Positions 5,654-10,245 of a stretch of DNA of 10,245 nt are shown here, piece by piece. Location of the stretch: IMG/VR virus record IMGVR_UViG_3300022188_000009. One strand, 5' to 3'. The first letter of the stretch is position 1; the number at the start of each line of letters is the position of its first letter. This DNA is from a virus. Its lineage: Duplodnaviria > Heunggongvirae > Uroviricota > Caudoviricetes. The position numbers were made by a program, and so were the translations under genes. Below the pieces are notes generated by a model that was not told the origin of the DNA, made no database searches, and worked only from the letters and a program-made list of their open reading frames with translations.

Positions 5654-5745
5654 GAAAAGGTTCGCGGTTTAAATATTCTCACCAATCGGTTGCTTAGTCC
5701 GGCTAATATGGACTCGGGGTACCGCACCCGTTATGGAACCTTTTC
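5654..5745 (+). ncRNA. Structured RNA, possibly a diverged third member of the tandem cluster (copy C)
   Basis: Perfect 10-bp outer stem GAAAAGGTTC/GAACCTTTTC; CGGTTGCTT (5687-5695) resembles CGGTTACTT; hairpin AGTCC/GGACT; ACCG at 5721-5724. No CAGTGA. Confidence 0.5.
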
Positions 5746-5766
5746 GAATTTAGATAGGAGGACGTG

Positions 5767-6249
5767 ATGGTCAAAACCAAAGTAGGTTTCGATTTTCATG
5801 GAGTAATTGATCAAGAACCAAACTTCTTCGCATTTTTATCTTATACATTAAGAACTGAAGGACATGAGGTACATATTATAACTGGTCAAGAACTTTGTGA
5901 TGAGCTGTTTACCAAACTCAACAAACACAACATCGAATACACACGGATTTTTTCAATCACCTCCTATCACAAAAAGATAGGAACATACATCACATACAAG
6001 GATGGTGATAAGACACAACCTCTAATTGCTCCCCCAATATGGGATAAAACAAAAGCAAATTATGCAGCCGAACAAGGACTGCATTTTCATATAGATAATT
6101 CTAAAAATTATGAAGAGTATTTTAAAGACATTACAACACAATACCTCCTATATACGCCCGAATTACGGGCATTACTGTTTCAGCTGATGGGCTGGTCTGA
6201 TCGGTTTAGTTCTAAATTATTATCGATCTTAAGACCTATATACAAATAA
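5767..6249 (+). CDS. HAD-superfamily-like phosphatase/nucleotidase with atypical motifs
   Basis: GGAGG RBS (the track starts at GTG 5764; ATG 5767 fits the RBS better). Motif I-like VGFDFHGVID, motif II-like HIITG, motif III Lys (WDKTKA) and motif IV-like HIDN. Confidence 0.65.
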   Translation: MVKTKVGFDFHGVIDQEPNFFAFLSYTLRTEGHEVHIITGQELCDELFTKLNKHNIEYTRIFSITSYHKKIGTYITYKDGDKTQPLIAPPIWDKTKANYAAEQGLHFHIDNSKNYEEYFKDITTQYLLYTPELRALLFQLMGWSDRFSSKLLSILRPIYK

Positions 6250-6264
6250 GGGAGCAGTGCATTT

Positions 6265-6660
6265 ATGATGGAGCCTTACTGGCATGATGAAGGTTGGGAA
6301 GAAGACTATGGAGGCAATTCTAGAACAGCAGAAGAGTCTATGTCTGAAAATCCTGGAGTCTTTGATACATATGACCGTATCATTGATGAAACTGAGTTAG
6401 ACAATGAAGAATTCGATTTAGAAGGGGATTCTGGCATGTCCTCAGAACATTGGGGCATGACGTTTGCCCTGGCTGATGAACTTGCAGATGAAAAAAGTAG
6501 TAAGTACAGTCTTGATGAAAATACAGATACTGAAAACCTTAAACAAGCTATGAGACAAAACCCTCCAAATACAAATGGAGACAAAGAACTCAGACCGTTT
6601 GAACAAATCATCAATGATATCTGCAAAGGCCAAAGAAGTTTATTTGATACAAATTATTAA
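6265..6660 (+). CDS. Highly acidic hypothetical protein (131 aa)
   Basis: GGAG RBS; D/E-rich composition; closely follows the HAD gene on the same strand. Confidence 0.7.
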   Translation: MMEPYWHDEGWEEDYGGNSRTAEESMSENPGVFDTYDRIIDETELDNEEFDLEGDSGMSSEHWGMTFALADELADEKSSKYSLDENTDTENLKQAMRQNPPNTNGDKELRPFEQIINDICKGQRSLFDTNY

Positions 6661-7257
6661 TAGATTAGCCGGTATGGCCACATACTAACTGACAGAGGGT
6701 TTAAACAACGACACCCATCAGCAAGAAACATCTGTGTAATTAAAAAATGTGCGTGGTCCTGCCGAAAAGAATTAGCTATAAAAAAGAATATCTTTTGATT
6801 CGAGTGTTAACTAAATTACTCCAATAAGAGAAGTTCTTTTTTACCATGTAATAAAATATACTTTGTGGAGAATAATTACCTTTATTACTACATTATTAGT
6901 TTTAAATATACAACGTTGACGAAGCTTAATTTGCCTCTAATAACATGATAGTGAAAACTATTAACATTCTTAGTTGCTGCCTAGTTCTCCGTTACAATTA
7001 TAAACAATTTTGCTAGAAATAAGTTAAGCATTCTATGAAGCAAAGGATTTTTATTATAGATCCATTTGGCGAGTAGGAAAATCACGGCGTGATACCCGAA
7101 TGCTAAGTGTATGTGTTACCGTTTATGATGTAATTTTGCTTACGACATAAAATACATGACAATATATATAGGTTATTACTATATTTACAATGTTAAAAAC
7201 AGCAAGAAAACTGATTAAGCACAGTGTACGCGTGGGAAGGGGTGGGCATAGTTTTAA

Positions 7258-7346
7258 GCTGAATACGCCGGATGATTATGATGCAGGTTGAATAAACCTG
7301 TTAGTTATACCGGCAGTTCAGCACAAGAAGACTCAATAGAGAGTCT
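7258..7346 (+). promoter_or_regulatory. Structured leader or small RNA upstream of the 7376 gene
   Basis: Nested stems GCTGAA/TTCAGC, GCCGG/CCGGC and GCAGGTT/AACCTGT, then hairpin AGACTC/GAGTCT (7329-7346), ~30 nt before the GTG start. Confidence 0.35.
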
Positions 7347-7375
7347 AACTTTTTCAAAGTGCGGAGGGAGGTGAA

Positions 7376-7573
7376 GTGGGGGTTAAAAAGGTACTCAAAA
7401 TTCATTGGAAAGAAGCAGTTCTCTGTGTTGTATCATTACTATTAGTTTGCTTACTATCTTTTTCAGCTATTTGTGTGATAAAAAAAAGTATAGATGATGG
7501 AACAGCACGTCAAGGTATAGTTGAAATGGGTAAAGGTATTAAAGGTATTATGGAAGATATTAATAAAGACTAA
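7376..7573 (+). CDS. Small single-pass membrane protein (65 aa)
   Basis: GGAGGGAGGT RBS then GTG; hydrophobic stretch AVLCVVSLLLVCLLSFSAICVI. Confidence 0.7.
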   Translation: MGVKKVLKIHWKEAVLCVVSLLLVCLLSFSAICVIKKSIDDGTARQGIVEMGKGIKGIMEDINKD

Positions 7574-7614
7574 AATTAACTGTAAGACAAACGAGACATA
7601 GAAAGGGGAATAAC

Positions 7615-8223
7615 ATGTTAAAAAGATTACTACTGGTTTTCTTAATTTTATTTGTTTATTCAAACGTATATTCTGCCGAAGAAAAATTTATTGAAAAAGT
7701 AGGAATAGATTACCGGTACTACGAGGATAGTATGTTTAAAGGCAGTTTCGTCTCTAAACATGCAGCAAATTCAGCAGAAGTGGTCTCTCTAAGAGCAGAG
7801 AGTAAGAAGTTATACGAGCACTATAGATTACAGTTTGAAATTCAGTGTTCCGATCATAAAGCAGACGAACACCCTGATCTAGGACAAGATACTGGGTTCC
7901 AGGAATACTCTACTCTTGTAATGGTTAAACGTCATTTTGCAGTATTAAATGATGCTTATGTTGGAGTGTTTGGTGGCTTTGGTTACATAAGTAATTTTCC
8001 TAAATTTGAAAACAGAGATTGGGCTGACAGAGATTTGGAGTCTAACATAGGTCATTCACATATCACAGGTAATATAGGTATGGCAATTGGGAAAGATTGA
8101 CATGTGTATAAGAGTTGGGATATAAGAACTGAAATACGTGCAATACATTTGTCTGATCCTTTATCAACAGATAGAGGGAAGAACTTAATGGGTGGCTCAA
8201 TAGGGCTAACTTATCATTTGTAA
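7615..8223 (+). pseudogene. Secreted outer-membrane beta-barrel, PagL/acyloxyacyl-hydrolase-like, with one in-frame TGA (8098-8100)
   Basis: Signal peptide MLKRLLLVFLILFVYSNVYSA. After the TGA the same frame continues for 40 codons (HVYKSWDIRTEIRAIHLSDPLSTDRGKNLMGGSIGLTYHL) to TAA 8221-8223 and contains the HxS...D.G.N...G.Y C-terminal pattern recalled for PagL-type barrels. Confidence 0.6.
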
Positions 8224-8252
8224 AAACTATTTTAAATAAATGGATAAATATA

Positions 8253-8423
8253 ATGTTAATTACTGTTTGTGCTTATTGTGGTAAAGTTATAAAAACTGAA
8301 AAAGTTAATATAGAAGACAGTGTAGAGAAATCTCAAGTATCTCATGGTATTTGTAAATCTTGTTATAAACCAGTAATGGTAGAGATTGATAACATGATAA
8401 AGATTTCTTCGGTCGGAAAATAA
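8253..8423 (+). CDS. Small Zn-finger-like protein, 56 aa (CAYC...SHGICKSC), below the ORF-track cutoff
   Basis: Manual translation MLITVCAYCGKVIKTEKVNIEDSVEKSQVSHGICKSCYKPVMVEIDNMIKISSVGK; two CxxC pairs; fills the gap between neighbouring genes. Confidence 0.7.
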   Translation: MLITVCAYCGKVIKTEKVNIEDSVEKSQVSHGICKSCYKPVMVEIDNMIKISSVGK

Positions 8424-8452
8424 TTTAATATTTAATAGGTAATAGAAAGGAG
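8421..8452 (+). repeat. 32-nt direct repeat, copy 1 (includes the RBS)
   Basis: TAATTTAATATTTAATAGGTAATAGAAAGGAG; 31/32 identical to 8987-9018. Confidence 0.9.
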
Positions 8453-8458
8453 TATAAT

Positions 8459-8977
8459 ATGAAGTATCAAATTAAACTTGCTTTGATCGTGATTTTTGCA
8501 GTTTTTACCGGATGTGTCGGACTACAACAGGTAAAAAATACAGACAATACGTTTAATGTAATAGTCGAGGCTCCTAAGTGTTCCAAAGAACAAATCTTTA
8601 ATGGCACAAAAATTTGGATAGCAGAGAACTTTAGCTCAGCAAAAGCAGTTCTTGAATATGAAAATAAAGATTCAGGGATAATAATAGGTAATGGTGCCAT
8701 TCCTTACCCATGCAGTGGGCTAGAGTGCATGGCCACAGGAGCTTGGAAAATACCCTTCACAATGCGAGTAGATATTAAAGATCAGAGATTTCGTCTAACA
8801 TTTAGCAATATTAAACTTGTATGCCCACCTTCAAATAGTGGAATGTTTGTTAGCTCTGGGTATAATGGGCCTATAAACACTCAAAGCAGGTTTGACTCAG
8901 TTAAACTTGAACTTTTAGAATTTGGTAATGAAGTTTTATGCTTTCTCAGTAAAGAAAACAACCAGAAAGATTGGTAA
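8459..8977 (+). CDS. Lipoprotein (172 aa), DUF4468-like
   Basis: Signal peptide with lipobox-like FTG-C at residue 19. The segment SKEQIFNGTKIWIAENFSSAKAVLEYENKDSGIIIGNG resembles DUF4468 (recalled, not searched). Confidence 0.75.
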   Translation: MKYQIKLALIVIFAVFTGCVGLQQVKNTDNTFNVIVEAPKCSKEQIFNGTKIWIAENFSSAKAVLEYENKDSGIIIGNGAIPYPCSGLECMATGAWKIPFTMRVDIKDQRFRLTFSNIKLVCPPSNSGMFVSSGYNGPINTQSRFDSVKLELLEFGNEVLCFLSKENNQKDW

Positions 8978-8986
8978 AGGCTAAAT

Positions 8987-9018
8987 TAATTTAATGTTTA
9001 ATAGGTAATAGAAAGGAG
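8987..9018 (+). repeat. 32-nt direct repeat, copy 2 (includes the RBS)
   Basis: TAATTTAATGTTTAATAGGTAATAGAAAGGAG; one mismatch to 8421-8452. Confidence 0.9.
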
Positions 9019-9025
9019 ATATACT

Positions 9026-9427
9026 ATGTATAAATTTATAACAGAAGATGGACGAGACATGTTTATTAAATTTTATCATAAAGGCGGTAAACGTGGTAAT
9101 AATAAAAAGTCAGGAAAAGCTCCAAAAGCAACATTATGCGTTATCAGTGATGGTGGTGGGGTAAAACAATCTGATGGATTTTCCAAGCCGGCACAAGAGA
9201 TAATAAAACCAATATCTGACGGCATGAACCCAAAATATGTTCATCTGCATTACGGAAGCCGCTTCATTCGTTTGCTTAAAACTGAAGAAGGAAAACAGTT
9301 GGTTGCATTACGTGGAGATACCTTTTGTAAAGCCATTGGCCGGAAAAAAGCACTCGGTAAAGCTCTTACAAGTTTTAATAAAGCAAGCCGTACCAATGCC
9401 TGGGCTTCCATGCTCAGTACAGCATAG
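9026..9427 (+). CDS. Basic hypothetical protein (133 aa)
   Basis: AAAGGAG RBS. The C-terminal GDTFCKAIGRKKALGKAL resembles a D.F.K..GR..A...A pattern of small phage proteins (recalled only). Confidence 0.75.
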   Translation: MYKFITEDGRDMFIKFYHKGGKRGNNKKSGKAPKATLCVISDGGGVKQSDGFSKPAQEIIKPISDGMNPKYVHLHYGSRFIRLLKTEEGKQLVALRGDTFCKAIGRKKALGKALTSFNKASRTNAWASMLSTA

Positions 9428-9514
9428 ACCGTGGTTAAATAAGCATCGAGAGTTATTAATTAATGTTAAAAAGCTAAGATTATAAATTTAAAAAAAATAA
9501 TATGGAGGGGCACC

Positions 9515-10147
9515 ATGCCTATACGAACAATACTTTATGGTGGTGCTTTTGATATGCCTCATATTGGTCATAAGAATATGGCAACACAGACTTTAAGGTT
9601 TATGTCAAAAGTTAGTGGTTACAAGGAATTATGGTTTTTACCGCGTTCTTCAGATACACTAGGAATTAAAAAACCAGTAGCAGATAACCACAGAGTGGCA
9701 ATGTTAGAAATTATGACCAAAGAGATGCTTAACTCTCCCCTTTTTAGTGTATGTACTGACGAACTTGAAATGACAAGTAGAGCAGGTACTTATGCTGTAG
9801 TTAAAGAGTTAATAAGAAATTATCCAGAAAGAAAATTCTGCTATCTTATGGGTAGTGATCAGGCTAAGTCTATTAGGTCTTGGAGGAATAGTAGGAAACT
9901 TATTATGACTATACCCTGTGTGGTTGTTCAACGTGCTGGTATATCTAACTGGAATCATAATTATTGGTATTATAGAGCCCCACATACTTATATTGACGGT
10001 AAACCAACTAAGACACCAATGTCTTCTTCTGCAATCCGTCATGATTTTAATAACAACTGGGATAAGTTGAAAGCAGATAGACATATACATTTACTTCGTA
10101 ATATTCATAAATATATTGTAAAAAATAAATTGTATCAAGAAGCTTAA
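9515..10147 (+). CDS. nadD: NadD-like nicotinate/nicotinamide mononucleotide adenylyltransferase (HIGH nucleotidyltransferase), 210 aa
   Basis: GGAGG RBS; GGAFDMPHIGH (HxGH), R.AML, LMGSDQ..SI.SWRN and MSSSAIRH (SxTxxR-like) motifs in NadD order. Confidence 0.85.
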   Translation: MPIRTILYGGAFDMPHIGHKNMATQTLRFMSKVSGYKELWFLPRSSDTLGIKKPVADNHRVAMLEIMTKEMLNSPLFSVCTDELEMTSRAGTYAVVKELIRNYPERKFCYLMGSDQAKSIRSWRNSRKLIMTIPCVVVQRAGISNWNHNYWYYRAPHTYIDGKPTKTPMSSSAIRHDFNNNWDKLKADRHIHLLRNIHKYIVKNKLYQEA

Positions 10148-10200
10148 TAACACCGCTTAATTATAATTTTTAATACCCTATCTAACTAGCCACTCAGATA

Positions 10201-10232
10201 TACTAGACTCTTTATATTAAGGGAGTCTAGTA
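10201..10232. other. Long inverted repeat downstream of nadD
   Basis: TACTAGACTC(10201-10210)/GAGTCTAGTA(10223-10232), extendable by three further pairs; no T run on either side. Confidence 0.5.
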
Positions 10233-10245
10233 CTCCTAGTACAAT

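Noticed and set aside
5442-5745. CRISPR array interpretation of the repeated motif cluster
   Set aside because: Shared sequence is limited to short words inside variable hairpins; there are no identical repeats with regular spacers and no cas genes.
4994-10090. Shadow ORFs 4994-5218, 5071-5265, 6306-6626, 6442-6633, 7463-7663, 8467-8700, 9809-10090 (all -) and 9237-9485 (+)
   Set aside because: Each overlaps a better-supported plus-strand gene or the tRNA and lacks RBS or motif support.
10201-10232. Inverted repeat as an intrinsic terminator of nadD
   Set aside because: No U-tract follows and the window ends 13 nt later, so it is kept only as an unassigned hairpin.
1-10245. Alternative genetic code (TGA or TAG recoding) for the whole element
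   Set aside because: Long genes (TROVE, nadD, HAD) are complete under the standard code and end at TAG/TAA at the expected lengths; only one in-frame TGA case was seen.

Overview
This is an AT-rich, all-plus-strand accessory region that looks phage-like (inference): many short hypothetical ORFs with strong AAGGAGG ribosome-binding sites, one tRNA and long non-coding gaps. It is dominated by RNA biology. (1) A 66-aa cold-shock protein gene missed by the ORF track is split inside its RNP1 motif (KG^FGFI) by a compact, ORF-less 306-nt group I intron (669-974) whose P1, P3-P10 helices and P/Q/R/S elements can be read by eye. (2) There is a full-length Ro60/TROVE (Rsr-like) gene at 2276-3895. (3) A family of short hairpin RNAs shares the motif G(C/A)AGTGA..CGGT-TACTTC..ACCG..TTCTC but has unrelated, perfectly compensating outer stems. 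There are three clear copies (455-549, 5442-5521, 5559-5635) and two diverged ones (1148-1207, 5654-5745); these are candidate minimal Y RNAs. (4) There is a tRNA-Tyr(GUA) and a tRNA-like RNA with a ~100-nt domain in its D-loop. Also present: a HAD-like phosphatase, a NadD-like adenylyltransferase, a PagL-like outer-membrane protein with one in-frame TGA, a lipoprotein gene flanked by 32-nt direct repeats, and a tandem paralog pair. All assignments come from manual reading and recalled family motifs; no database search or folding program was run.
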